NCBI RefSeq assembly: GCF_006345805.1
Contig: NC_043002.1
Coordinates: 82,150,001 to 82,214,000, forward strand
DNA from: Octopus sinensis
Lineage: Eukaryota
Direction of reading: 5' to 3'
Length of the DNA stretch: 64,000 nucleotides
The translations under genes were made by a program, and so were the position numbers. This document shows, in pieces, positions 50,650-63,323 of the stretch (position 1 is the stretch's first letter; each line of letters begins with the position of its first letter). The notes under the pieces were generated by a model that saw only the letters and a list, made by a program, of their open reading frames with translations, was not told the DNA's origin and ran no database searches.

Positions 50650-51185
50650 TAACAGGCACTCTATCGGTTACAATGACGAGGGTTTCAGTTGATCTGATCA
50701 ACAGAACCGCTTGCTCACGAAAGTAACGTGCAAGTGGCTGAACACTCCACAGACACACGTGACCTTAACCCTTTCGTTACCAACCCAGCTGAAACCGGCT
50801 CTGTAGTACAAATGTCTTGTTTTCGTAAGTTTTGAATTAAAATCCTCCACCAAACCTTAGTCACAATTTATGTTCCTAACACTAACTTAATGATAACCAA
50901 GTTACTTTACTAAATTCTTTGTTATATTTAAAATAATTGAAAGAAACACAGAGCATCTCAAAATGAATACGGTAATGAAAGGGTTAATGTAGTTCTCGGG
51001 AAGATTCAGCATGAAACAAAATGTGACATGGCCGGTCCTTTTGAAATACAGGTACTACTCATTTTTGCCAGCTGAGTGGACTGTGGCAACATGAAATGAA
51101 ATGTCTTCTGAAGGACATGTCACTGGGAATTGAACTCATAACATTGCAATCATGAGTCAAATACCCCCTAACTACTAAGCCACAC
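50650..51185 (-). mobile_element. tRNA-headed SINE family E interrupted by a family C MITE
   Basis: Minus-strand head GTGGCTTAGTAGTTAGGGG...GAGTTCAATTCCC near 51125-51185. A related head occurs at 51410-51545. Confidence 0.6.
50769..50983 (+). mobile_element. piggyBac-like MITE family C
   Basis: TTAA|CCCTTTCGTTACC ... GGTAATGAAAGGG|TTAA: 13-bp TIR with one mismatch. Confidence 0.95.
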
Positions 51186-51619
51186 ACCTATGTGTGTGTT
51201 TGTGTTTGTGTACATATATACATATAGCTTCCTTAACCAGCACCCTTGTGTATGGTCTGGTAGTGTACCACACTTTTGCTAATTGTTTCAAGTGCCTGTG
51301 TATTTGTGAACAGACAGAGACGCCCTCTTAGTCTTCCTGCTATTGTACTACTCAAACATTAAGGATATACCAGCTGGAGAGACAAAGGGCCACACCAGCA
51401 CTAAGTTGGCATTTATTTTCAGCTGAGTAGACTGGAATAATGTGAAGTGATGTGCCTTGCCCAAGAATAATATGTGCCACCTAGTCCTGGAATTGAAACT
51501 ATGACCTCATGACTGTGACTCCAACAATTTGACCAATAAGCCACACACACACACACATACACATGCATGCATGGTGGCTACCACATTCCACTAATAAAGC
51601 ATTGGGCAACCCAGGGCTA

Positions 51620-51805
51620 TAATCCTTTCTGTTATAGGCACAAGTCCTGAAATTTGGGGGAGGGGGATAGTCGATTACACCGACCCCGAGAGGATGAAAG
51701 GCAAAGTCGACCTTGGTGGAATTTGAACTCAGAATGTAGTGACAGGCAAAATACTGCTAAGCATTTCGTCCAGCGTGCTAATGATTCTGCCAGCTCACTG
51801 CCTTA
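51620..51805 (-). mobile_element. SINE family B
   Basis: AGGATGAAAGGCAAAGTCGACCTTGGTGGAATTTGAACTCAG...TTCTGCCAGCTC. Confidence 0.85.
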
Positions 51806-53164
51806 CTCAAGGCTATAATAGAAGATCAAAGATGGTGCTGCTCAATAAAATCAAACCTGACACTTATTTGCTGCAAAGTGAACTCATCTATGCTTGTGTC
51901 TGTGACTGAGTCTATTTTTATTGATCTCGGAAGCATGAACGGCAAGGTGAATCTTGGCAAGATTTGAACCTGAGACATAAAGTGATGTAACTAAATACTC
52001 ACTCAAGCTTCAGATACAAGATATTTTTTCACTCATTGTACTGTTTCAACAGATCTACTGTTCTTAAAACACAAATTAACAACACAGTTATTTTCCCTAA
52101 ATCCTCCTAAATTTACAATTTATTTTAAATATTGAACACTCATCATCATCAAATGATGATGATGATGATGATGAACACTGTCAAAATTGGTTAAATTCAT
52201 ATGTGTGTGTGTGTGTGTGTGTCTCTCTCTCTCTCTCCCTATATATATATATATCTCAGAAACTGTTACCATTGTTTCATTGTTGTTATAAGGCTGAAAC
52301 AAGAATAGACATTTCTTAAAAACAATATACAATTTGTTGCAGTCCACTTCCAAAGATGAATTCCACTTTCTACAAATGAATTTATCAATTGTATTACTCT
52401 CTGTCTGTCTGTCTCTCTTTCTCTGCACACACACACACACACTATATATATATATATATATAATATGTATATTATGTTTATCTATATTATAAACATACAT
52501 GGTATATAATGTATTTACATATGCATATATGTAAACATACACACACACACATACATACACATGATATCTATATTGCTCACTCTTTGCTGTTTCAAATTTC
52601 TTTTTCTGGTAACTGTTTTTGTAAAGAATTTTACCTGTAGGAATAGTTTTACATTACATGATTTCTAATGTCCTAAGGACGCTAACAACTAGAGGTTTAT
52701 CCATTCTTACTTCGCGCAGACACACACACATGCATGCACGCACACACACACACACACACACACAAAGTGCCTGCATGTATTCTTACTCTCTTTCTGCATC
52801 TACTAAAATATGTATAAAACATCTCTTTATTGTAAACTGCCACCTTTTAAGGCATAACTTGGGTTTTCTAAAGAGGTACTTGTAAATTTGTGCGTGTGTG
52901 TATGTGTGGGGGTTCCCCGTTGTTCCTGTGAATAATAGTAAGAGAACGGAACTGAGATGCTTCTTAGAAATAACTGTAATGCTGCTTTCTTCAGCCTGTC
53001 TTCAAAAAATAAAAAAAATAAAGTCTATTACATATTCTAAAATGAATTTATGTATTGAATGTTCTTTCATTCACTTTAGACAAAATTAAATGAATCCTGC
53101 GGCACTTGCTAACTTTTACATGACAATACATGGTTTCTTGTGTATGTGCCAAAAATGGGAGAGG

Positions 53165-53196
<32 letters not shown>

Positions 53197-53760
53197 GGAA
53201 ACACCCCATCCCTTAACTGTTTTTTTTTTCTTCCGTTCTTGAACAGCTCTGTTTCATTTTGTTCCTTTTCTGCATATCTTCTCCCAGCTCTTGAGTAGTG
53301 GAGGCAAAAATTCACTCATCTCTACTCTAATTTCATAGATTACGGTATTCGCCATTTTACAAATTAATTAATTCATTCATTGTTCTATTCTTGTTCTCTC
53401 TTTCTTTAATTCACCTTGCATCCTGAGGGGGTACACTCTTCACACACACACGCGTGTGCATACGCGCTAGGTTACCATGCAGTTTCCATCTAATTTCATT
53501 CATGAGGCAATAGTCAGCCCAAGGTTATGTTAAAAGATACTTGCTCAAAGTGCCAAGCAGTGGGTTTGAACTTGAAACTACATGGCTATCCACACAACCC
53601 TACCTGTATCCTCCATCTACTTCAGTGGTTCATAACCAGGTTCTATATAGCTCTTCAGAGTCCATATGAGATTTTGTTAAGATTTACCTGCAGTAAATTT
53701 GTTGTACTTCTACAAGTCACAAAATATTTTAACAATCTTTTTATACAGTTCCTAATGATA

Positions 53761-54127
53761 TCTTTCTATATACAAATGGCAAAATGTCTGTGTGCGTGTC
53801 CTTTATACAAATTCACAATTTTTCAGTTAGAGGGCTCGCACTTTCTATGGTCATTCAAAACCGTACAAGGGTGGTCGTGCACATCTTTACATTTCCCCAG
53901 TCACCCCGCAAAGCCATTAAAAAATCAATAGAAGTGACTTTTTTGTGAATTTTTAAACAAAACCCAATCAAAATGCCCAAAACTTGATACGCCAATTGAA
54001 TGCCAGCTAGTTGTATGTAATTGGTCAGAGATTTGGACAGTACTCGCGTGTATGTGCGCACGCATGCATGCAGCTGTATATGCATGCACTAGCACTATGA
54101 CCCGGTGTTGCCGGGTCATAGTGCTAG
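53761..54127 (+). mobile_element. Non-autonomous Helitron
   Basis: A|TC 5' end (TCTTTCTATATACAAATGGCAAAATGTCTG), subterminal GC hairpin CCCGG-TGTTG-CCGGG, and 3' CTAG|T with no TSD: the canonical Helitron termini. Confidence 0.8.
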
Positions 54128-55797
54128 TTTAATTATAAAAATATATGATTTTTTAAACATTGAATGGCTTATAGGATCCATCCGAGTAGAAGAGGAATCA
54201 AAGGGGCCCATAAATTAAAAAATGATTAAGAAACACTGACCTAGTTACTGTACTGGCATATTTCTATGCATCTTGACAGTAATTTCAGAACTGACCTCGC
54301 TATTATTCTCCCAAACATTCTTCAGTCTGTTTCTGTCATAAGTATCTACCCTTCAAGAATGGTAACCAATGAGAAGAGTATTTAGATAGTCACTCTCTCA
54401 GCTAGAAATAACATCCAAATTTCTCAAATCACACCCTATTGCCTGGGCAAAAATGCCAAAAGGGATGTACACATAAGACAATGAAGTCCTAGATGTAGGA
54501 AAGGAATGAATGATCACATCTGCAGTGCTTCCTTCGGTCACAGGTCTTCCCAAGTGGGGGCTGACCTTGGATTAAACAGCAACTACTTGGCACTTATATT
54601 TCAGATAGCAAATGTCCTCTGTTCACAGTAAATGCCCAAACCAGTACATAGTTATCTCTCCTACACATAGGAACCAATACTACTAAAGGCTAATGTCTGT
54701 CTGTCTGTCTAATTCTTTCTCTCTCAATCTCCTTGTAAAATGATGTTTAATTTCAATTTCCCAGTGGATCATACTCAGTTCATTTCTCTACACTTCTGCT
54801 GTTGTCTTAGTTGCAATCATTGTCTGTTTTGTTGTTGTGCAACATCACACATTCTTCACACCTTGTGTAATTTAATTTTTTTGTACATAAGAAAAAAAGA
54901 AAACAACAACAAAAAAATCATTGACTACAAAGACAACAATTCTGTGAACTTCTTTCACCTCATTAGCACACACATCATGCTTTCATTGGAACTTACCACT
55001 AATTATATTATATATGGAGGCACTACTTAGCTACTTTATCCAGCAAGTCATCTAAGCACTCCATGGCTTTCAAATCTAATCCACTCCCTGCTGACAGACA
55101 ACTACAACAACTGCAAATCTAACTGCATTTTTATCTATCTTGTAGATCTAGTGAATTGGGATAATCACTCAGCTATGAACTGGCTGGGTCATTAAGAGTG
55201 TTGAATAGAAAGCTTTGTCTGTGTTCTGAGTTCAGATCACTCCAAGGTCAACTTGTTTTACATCCTTTTTGTGGTCTATAAAAAAATTTTTTACCAATTA
55301 CAGGGTGATGGATTAGAGGGTTGGGTCAGATTCCTCGTAGTAGCTCTTCCAGCCAGTTGTTTTGTGTTCTGACAGCAACTCCTGCAGTGATGCTGTAGCT
55401 AAAGTGTATCAGCCCATGTTGGCAGTCTTTTTCTTGGAATAAATAAGTGTCAATCACTTGGCGAGACAGGAGACTTGCATGTATAGGTAACTTCCAGTCT
55501 TCCTCATAAAATCTTGCCCAAACTTGCACATACTTGTGCAGACACATGGTCAGCCTGACTGGTGGGTGGCTCTTTTCCCCTCACCCTCAATATTTTTTGT
55601 TAATTATACAATATTAAGTTTATACAGTTCCCTTTATATTAAGGTCATTCCCTAGGAGCTACATGGCTTTTGTATTCTTCATTATACTTAAGTAATCACC
55701 ATGTTAACTTTGAAGGGTTATTTTTATATTTTTGTCATTCTTGGTTATTACTGTATAACTTGAAACGTTTCCCAGTGTTCTTTAACAGATTCTATAA

Positions 55798-56013
55798 CCC
55801 TTTAAGCATTCAGATTATTCTGTTAAATGTAATACTTTTCCATTCGAATTGGGGTTTTTTTTGTTAATTAAGCTATTTTATAGCTTCAAAATTTTTCGTG
55901 ATGTGATTCTATATTTTATAATGGCATTGAAGGGTAGGTGTGATTGGCTGGTTATAGAATAAAAAAAAAGGTAGCATATTTGGGCTAGATATGGCCAGTT
56001 TAAATGCTAAAGG
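55798..56013 (+). mobile_element. piggyBac-like MITE family G
   Basis: ATAA|CCCTTTAAGCATTCAG ... TTTAAATGCTAAAGG|TTAA. Confidence 0.75.
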
Positions 56014-56057
56014 TTAATATGAACCAGATCATCAGTTTGCAAAAAAATATATAAACA

Positions 56058-56264
56058 TGTTTGTGTGTCTGTGTTTGTACCCCTCAACATCACTTGACAA
56101 CCAATGCTGGTGTGTTTATGTTCTCATAACTTAGCAGTTCGGCAAAAGAGACCGATAGAATAAGTACTAGGCTTACAAAGAATAAGTCCTGGGGTCGATT
56201 TCTTTGACTAAAGGCGGTGCTCCAGCATGGCCACAGTCAAATGACTGAAACAAGTAAAAGAGTA
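56058..56264 (+). mobile_element. SINE family A, 3' half
   Basis: CTTGACAACCAATGCTGG...GACTAAAGGCGGTGCTCCAGC...GAAACAAGTAAAAGAG. Confidence 0.9.
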
Positions 56265-56897
56265 TGTGCAACTATATGTGATTATTTCGGGGGTTGGGGG
56301 TGACGAGAAAATAGTTGCAGATAGCCCTGGTGGACACCAACTTGTACATTGTACAGTGAACTATTTCTTCATTGAATTCATTGCTTGTCCTGGCCGGGCC
56401 TTACCTACTCCTAGCACCAGTATTAATTCTTGTCTCAGAAGTCATTCAACCACATCTGGTCTGTTCATTGCTTGCTGTATCACATCTTTACTACGCAGAG
56501 TGGAACTGTTTGTTTTCAGAAACTACCCCCCCACTCTTTCTCTTGCAGTTTTCTTACTAAAGAGAGAGAGAGACAGAGTGAGGTGGGGTTGGATCTGCTG
56601 TTCCAATTCTTGCAACCTATCCAGTCTAGCTTTATCTTGCACTTACAATCTAAAATTCACCAGCCATTAATCTAATGTGTGTTGGAAGGGAGAGCAGCAT
56701 TCACTCAACATGGGGTAGCTTGTTTATCTCTTCCTGGTTAGGACAAAGATGTCACTTGTAATCTTAATACCTCCTTGGGTCATTATAGCCACTCTCTTAT
56801 CATGGATGTCAAAATGCTTTATGAACACCTAAACTTTTTTTCTTTTTCTTGTTGGTTTTTCTTTTTGTCTTTTCCATCTAATTCTCTTAGCATTTAC

Positions 56898-56930
<33 letters not shown>

Positions 56931-59169
56931 TCATTCATTCATTCGTTCATTTTGTATTCACTGAGAAGAGAAATTTATTCGTCTTTTTATAAATTAGAAT
57001 ATTTACCATGGTTCTTTTGAAACTAAACCCTGATACTAGTCAAAATGTGCTAGAATATTGTATATTAATACCATTTTTCCTCTTTCTCTCTCTCTCTTCA
57101 TTTCGGAAAGATAAGTTGTTATTATTTCATATCAGACATTAACGGTGATGGTTGTGGTGATGGAGAGCAGGGGGGGCTTGTTAATTTTTTTTTCCCCCTC
57201 TCATCTTTTGATCATTTCATACATAGTTAAGGGTTCGGTACCTTACCATATAATAATACTTGCATTGTAAGAAAAGATTTTTCAAGGAGTCCCTCTTTCC
57301 CCCCTTCCCTTCCTCTCTCTTCTTCCGCCCCCATGCACCCACACTTCCACCCCGTTCATTGTACAGTGTTGGCAACCAAACAGCCAGAAAGCAGATAAGT
57401 CAATATTGAAGATCTGGCTAGATTTTGATTGAAACCTTCTTATCAATAAGTTTCTTCCCAGCGTTGTTATTTCCTTGCTGCAGTTATAAACATAAATTAT
57501 GTTTTATATGACACTTCCAACATCTGATAGAAGTTTGTTCTTTTTTTTATATTTGTCCTTTTCTTTTTTTTCGTTTTTTCTTTTTTTTTTGTAAGGGTGT
57601 TGGGACACTATATTTATCTGTAACCAGATATGTATGGTTAATGGGGTGGGTAAGAGATATGGATAGATAGATAGATAGATAGTGAGAGAGAGGAGGGGAG
57701 GAAGGATTGTCTTATTTGATTTATCAGCTCCCCTACCATCACCATCATCACTATCACCATTTTATTTAAGTAATACCAACCACTCTGCTCTTCCTTCCAT
57801 TTTACTCTCTCTCTCTCTCTCTCTCTCTTTCTTCCTTTGTTTCTCTTTTCTATAATCCTCCCTTCCCCTTTCTCCAACCTTCAGAAAGAATATTGAGTAA
57901 AATAAATAAACAAATAAATGAATGCTGGAGTATATTGGCTGTGAAGAGTCTTTTGTTGGCTAAGGCGGTGTTAGTGAGCTTGATATGATGGAATACTTGT
58001 GGGAAAGTGGCACCGAACTGGCCATGACTCATTTGTTTTGTCATCAGACATCATAGCAGAGAGAAGTGTGATGACAGTTAAAACTGTAAAATCTGCAGTG
58101 TTTGTCTCTGCATTCTGCTAATATTCTTCCCTTCCTCTGACAGTCCACCACATAACCAAAATATATGACAATGCAATAGATATGGGAGGATGTGGCTCAA
58201 AGCTGAGAGGTTTTGCTTTCCGTTTGTTGTGAAAAAAAAAATTCTTCATTAAAATTTCAATGTTAAACCAAAAAAAAAAAGATTTTAATATTTTGTTGGA
58301 GAAATATTTGTCTTCATGACCACCTCCCCCACTTCACTTCAAGTTCTTCATTTTTTTAAATATTATCTTTAACAACTGACATCTTCTTCTCCTTCTCCTC
58401 TTCCTCCTCATCATCATCATCCTTCTTCTTTGTAAACCTAGTACTTATTCTATCGGTTTCAGCCTTTGTGGCTATGTTAGAAGCATTATTATCACTGGAC
58501 AATGAGCTAGTAGAATAGCCAGAGTTATTAGGCTAAATGCCTTGTACAGGTACACCACTAACTTTCTGATCACTGATGGTCCAGAACCTCTTATAATTTA
58601 CAAGAAGGAACTTCAAATTCCCATGGCTACTAGACTAGTTAACTAGCACCTTACATAGTACTGTATTAGTAAGCTTGTATTATTTACACCAATGTACAGG
58701 TACCTGTCTTTCATTTAGTTGTATAAGTGAATGTTTGTTTAATTTAGCATGTGATCGTTCCTGATATGGAAAAATCAGAATGGCTTTGGAACCAAGGGTT
58801 CCAGAAAATTGATGTTGTACTCCTAGTTTTTTTCTTCCAGCTCTTTACATTCTTGAGCTCAGATCCTGCTTTGCTATACATCACTGCAATCTCAATAAAA
58901 TGAAGTACCAGTGAAGTACTAACATCTCTTTAATTTACTGATTTTTGCCTCCTTTCAAAATAGTTGGCTGGGGTCTCTAAATAAAAAAAAAAAGCTCCTT
59001 CATCATGTTGATGAATGGATAGTATCAATGGAATAACAGAGGAAAGTCCTACTGAGGTTAACTTTGCTTTTCATCCTTCTGAGATTGATAAAATATAGTC
59101 CCAGTCAATTACTGGGTTCCATATAATCAACTAGCCCCCTCCCTTAAAGACTGCTGGCTTGTGCCTTAA

Positions 59170-59390
59170 CACATTAGCTTTCAGATTTATCTGTCAAATG
59201 TAATGCTTATTTGTTCATATTCATATGAATTAGTTATGCATTCCCTTGCAGCTTTGAAATTTCAATGATGTGATTGTTTATTATTAGAATAATGTTGTAG
59301 GATGAGTTTGAGAGGCTGGGTTCGGCCAGCTTCAACATAAAACAGGGAGATTATTTTAGCTGGATATGGTCAGTTTAAATGCTTAAAGGG
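59170..59390 (+). mobile_element. piggyBac-like MITE family G
   Basis: TTAA|CACATTAGCTTTCAGA ... TTTAAATGCTTAAAGGG. Interior matches 23931-24146. Confidence 0.75.
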
Positions 59391-59399
59391 ATCACAATT

Positions 59400-59570
59400 A
59401 TTGATAGCAACTTTTAGCACAAGGGAGGTGGGGACTAGTTGACTGCATCAACTCCAACTCTAGTGGTCAACTGATACTTATTTTATCGACCCCGAAAGAA
59501 TGAAGGGCAAAGCCAACCTTGGTGGAATTTGAACTCAGAATGTGAAGATGAAAGAAAAGCCGTTAAGGAT
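59400..59570 (-). mobile_element. SINE family B
   Basis: TTTTATCGACCCCGAAAGAATGAAGGGCAAAGCCAACCTTGGTGGAATTTGAACTCAG. Confidence 0.8.
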
Positions 59571-59829
59571 TCCATCAGCTCACGGATTTAATCACAGTTA
59601 CTAGCACTAGAATACACTAAATTCCCATCCCTTACGTTCTCCAATAAATGCCTAAATATTATTTTGCATTATTTCATGCTTTACCGAAAATTCAATAAAC
59701 ACTTCCATTCGCCTCTGTTTTAATAATATTAATAATATATTACTAACACATTTATAATAAAATATATTACTGACACATTTGCTGTTGTGTATCATTATTC
59801 TCTCTATGTGTTAATGATTATAATTGCAG

Positions 59830-60036
59830 GCAAAGACCTCCAGGTTATCCTATATCCTCAGGTGCCTTTTCTGGGCCTTATCCACCGTCATTAATCAACA
59901 CATCCCCGTTAACACGATTTGGTCCACCCAGTCTTTTACCACCTCCAGGCTTACCGCATCCAGGAATACCCCATCCAGCAATTGTCACTGCAGGACCAAA
60001 ACAGGAAGTGATGTCACATAGTCAAGATAATCATCG
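59830..60036 (+). CDS. TCF/pan: TCF/LEF coding exon preceding the HMG box: (W)QRPPGYPISSGAFSGPYPPSLINTSPLTRFGPPSLLPPPGLPHPGIPHPAIVTAGPKQEVMSHSQDNH(R)
   Basis: Acceptor taattgcAG (59828-29), donor CG|GTAATT at 60037. 207 nt, phase 2 to 2, no stop. GIPHPAIVT..KQE is a TCF/LEF hallmark just before the HMG box. Confidence 0.95.
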
Positions 60037-60191
60037 GTAATTAACAACTTATTGCTTTGTTTTTGTTTCTCTTATCAATACTTGCCATTATAGGAGGGGT
60101 AGTGGTGATGATGGTGCTGGTGGTGGTGGTAGTAGTGTTAATAGCAGGGGTTGTTGTGTTGGCAGAAACGACAGTACCATATCTGTCTGTC

Positions 60192-60223
<32 letters not shown>

Positions 60224-61095
60224 TATATATATATACATATATACATTATATATATATATATATATATGTATATATAAATCGTGTTTTCATCCAAAATGGA
60301 GACGAACATGTGATTGACTTGAGAAGTTAAGACATTGAAATATTTTTCTTAACATGAAACCAAAGGTAACCTTATAATACACAAATAGTATCCAATGCAG
60401 TGTTGCACACTCATTCTCATTGTTTGACATTTACGAATACACACACACACACACACCGTATTTTTCAGCACACAAGTCAACTAGTATATAGCGTAAACAG
60501 TCAAATATTGTCACTCTCTTTCCAAGTCCTGCTGCATTTAATGTAGAACTTTTGGTCTGAAAAATTCAACTTGTATGCCAGAAGATACGATATATACATA
60601 TGTGTGTGTGATGCAATAATTACTGACTACTGATTATCTTCTAATGTCGAATTCTGCCGGGAGTCGATTTTTTTAAAATTTTTTTTTTGCCTTTCATACG
60701 ACTGAAATTGGCAAACCTGCCCCAGTATTGTCAATGTTGTCCAGTAATTAGGTGAAGTAGAGGTTAACCGAATCCCCCCAACACCTTCACACAAAATCTG
60801 CAAAAGAAATATTTGACGGGAAAACGACACATGCTTTTGTTCGTCAAGAGGATCCTGGATCTGCGAGGTTTCTTAATTGGCCTTAATTAGGGAAGATTTA
60901 CCCGGCATTGGGAGGATTGCATCTATCATCACTATGTGCTTTTATATAAATGTGTGTGTGTGTGTGTGTGTGTGTATCGTTCATTTTGTTTTGTCTTTTT
61001 AAATTGTTGTCCAATTTCTGTAAGCACTCTCACTATAATAATGTCCCCTTCTTCCGACGCCCCCGTGGCAAACATTATTATTATTATTATCATTA

Positions 61096-61434
61096 TTCCG
61101 CCGAGGTCGACTTTGCCTTTCATCCTTTCGGGGTCGATAAATTAAGTACCAGGCAAGTACTGGGGTCGATGTGATCGACTTTCCCCCTCTCCACACATTT
61201 CAGGCCTAGGCAGCGAGCTGGCAGAAACGTTAGTACGCCGGGCGAAATGCTTAGCGGTATTTCGTCTGTTTTTACGTTCCGAGTTCAAATTCCGCGGAGG
61301 TCGACTTTGCCTTTCATCCTTTCGGGGTCGATAAATTAAATACCAGTTGCGTAGTGGGGGTCGATCTAATCGACTGGCCTCCTCTTCCAAAATTTCGGGC
61401 CTTGTGCCTAGAGTAGAAAAGATTATTATTATTA

Positions 61435-61473
<39 letters not shown>
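61096..61473 (+). mobile_element. Headless SINE-B core (61096-61208) followed by a complete young SINE-B (61209-61473) with (TTA)n tail
   Basis: GAGGTCGACTTTGCCTTTCATCCTTTCGGGGTCGATAAATTAA occurs twice; CpG-rich. Confidence 0.92.
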
Positions 61474-63323
61474 CTTAAAAGTAAGCACATCCCAGATTTG
61501 CAGAGTAGTAGTCGTAGACCAGCAAACATATTTAAAATGAAATAAATTCAAGGAATTGAAGTCGGTTCAGACGCAACTCTCCGGAAGTTTACTGCGATTT
61601 GTTTTTATATTCTTAATTAAAAGAATTATATTATGAATATGTTTCAAATTAAAATGCAACAATCCTTACTGTTGAAACTGCGGAAGTAAATTGGGTATTC
61701 TTGTCTTTTCTTTCTTTTAAAGAAATACGGGAAAGAAAATATCAACGTAAATTAAAATAGCTATTGACTTTAGGAGCACCATATGAAGGGGAGTAACTCA
61801 CAATCGACTTACGAAAGTAATCTCCCTTGATTAAAGTTTTTATTTTCAAAATCAATTTCTGAACAGATATTTTATTTTGTTTTGTTTTTTATTTTTTATA
61901 AAAGATTAAAAAAAATAAAAAGAAAAAACTACATCAGCTTTCTCTGGGAGATCTTCCTTATAAAATAAAAGTTTTGTTCTTGAAACATCGCCATTTCACT
62001 GTTAATTATGCAGGTTATGAAACTGTTTTCGAAACATATATTTGGCTTCCCCCCCGTCTCAATAATTACCTTTTCTGCCCCCACTTTTTCACTTAATCCT
62101 ATATGGTACATATTCATTGTGTGTGTGTGGTTTTGTTGTCAAAACTTAAGTGTTTCTGCTGACACTTAGGGAAAAATAATCCGTACAACGTTCACAAAGA
62201 ATTCTCTAATGTTTACGCCAAAACTACACGACTCCATGCTTTCTACTCCACTCCTAATTATTACTAAATTGTTGTTTTGCACGTTTATTTTGGCAGAAAA
62301 ATTTAAATTACTAAAAGAAAAAAAAATTAATGTAAATTCCCTGTTTCTTTTGTTGAAGAAAATTTTCATAGTAATACAAATTAAGCTCTCCATTATCTAA
62401 CATATTATTATACACTCACATTGACCCATTGGTCCCAAGAAATTTTGAAAATTTTATGAGCCCTCCCCCTTCCCGGTGGTAATGGTGGGGGTGGGGCTAA
62501 AATTTACTGCTACATGCTAATTGGAGTAAACTATCAATATACAAGTTCATGTTTGTTCATAGACTTTTAGCAAATAATATTGCTTTGAGAAATTAGCAAA
62601 ATATCCAATATGCCCGTTCTTGTTGATTATACGATGCATTTAGTTTTTGTAATGAAAAGGCATTGACTAGGAACACTTTCCCCCCCTCCCCCGACCTATT
62701 TCAATGATCATAAATATCTTTATTCCACTGAACCCCCAGTAATTCACTCCTTGGTAATTCCTGGCTATCACTCAGCCCCTTCTTCATTCATCATGTCTTT
62801 TTCTTTTATATATTCACACACATACACTCACTCTGTTCAAGTGAAGTCCTTGGTGTTATGAGGTGACAGAAAAGTGGGCGAGATTTGCATTATTTATTTT
62901 GAATTTTAGAAATATAACAACATTTTGTTTTTACTATAATTTCTGCACTTTCATTGACATAAATTTGAAAAGAAAAAAAAAAATACTGTGGTTTGCTGTG
63001 AATAAATAAAATATGAGTGAGGCCTACTGCACTGCTTAGCTATGAGGAGGGGTTCTCTAATACTGTTAAGATGGCCTTGAATATCAGTGATTAAAAATAA
63101 CATCCACTATGCTGGACAGTAAAGACGGTGAGTTGGTGGTGGTGTTAAGAGTGTTGGTTAGAATGTTTATTGACATTTTTTCCAAGGCACTTGAGTTCAA
63201 GTCTTGCTGAGGTCAACTTTGCTTTTCGTCTGTCTTGGTTCAATATCAATCCAGTATAGCAGTTTGGCATAAGTGTAATAACATTAGATCTTATGCCTCG
63301 TGGTATTTATAAATTCATTTTAA

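Noticed and set aside
54088-54131. Rho-independent terminator or pre-miRNA
   Set aside because: Eukaryotic context; the hairpin coincides with a Helitron 3' end and is too short and too perfect for a typical pre-miRNA
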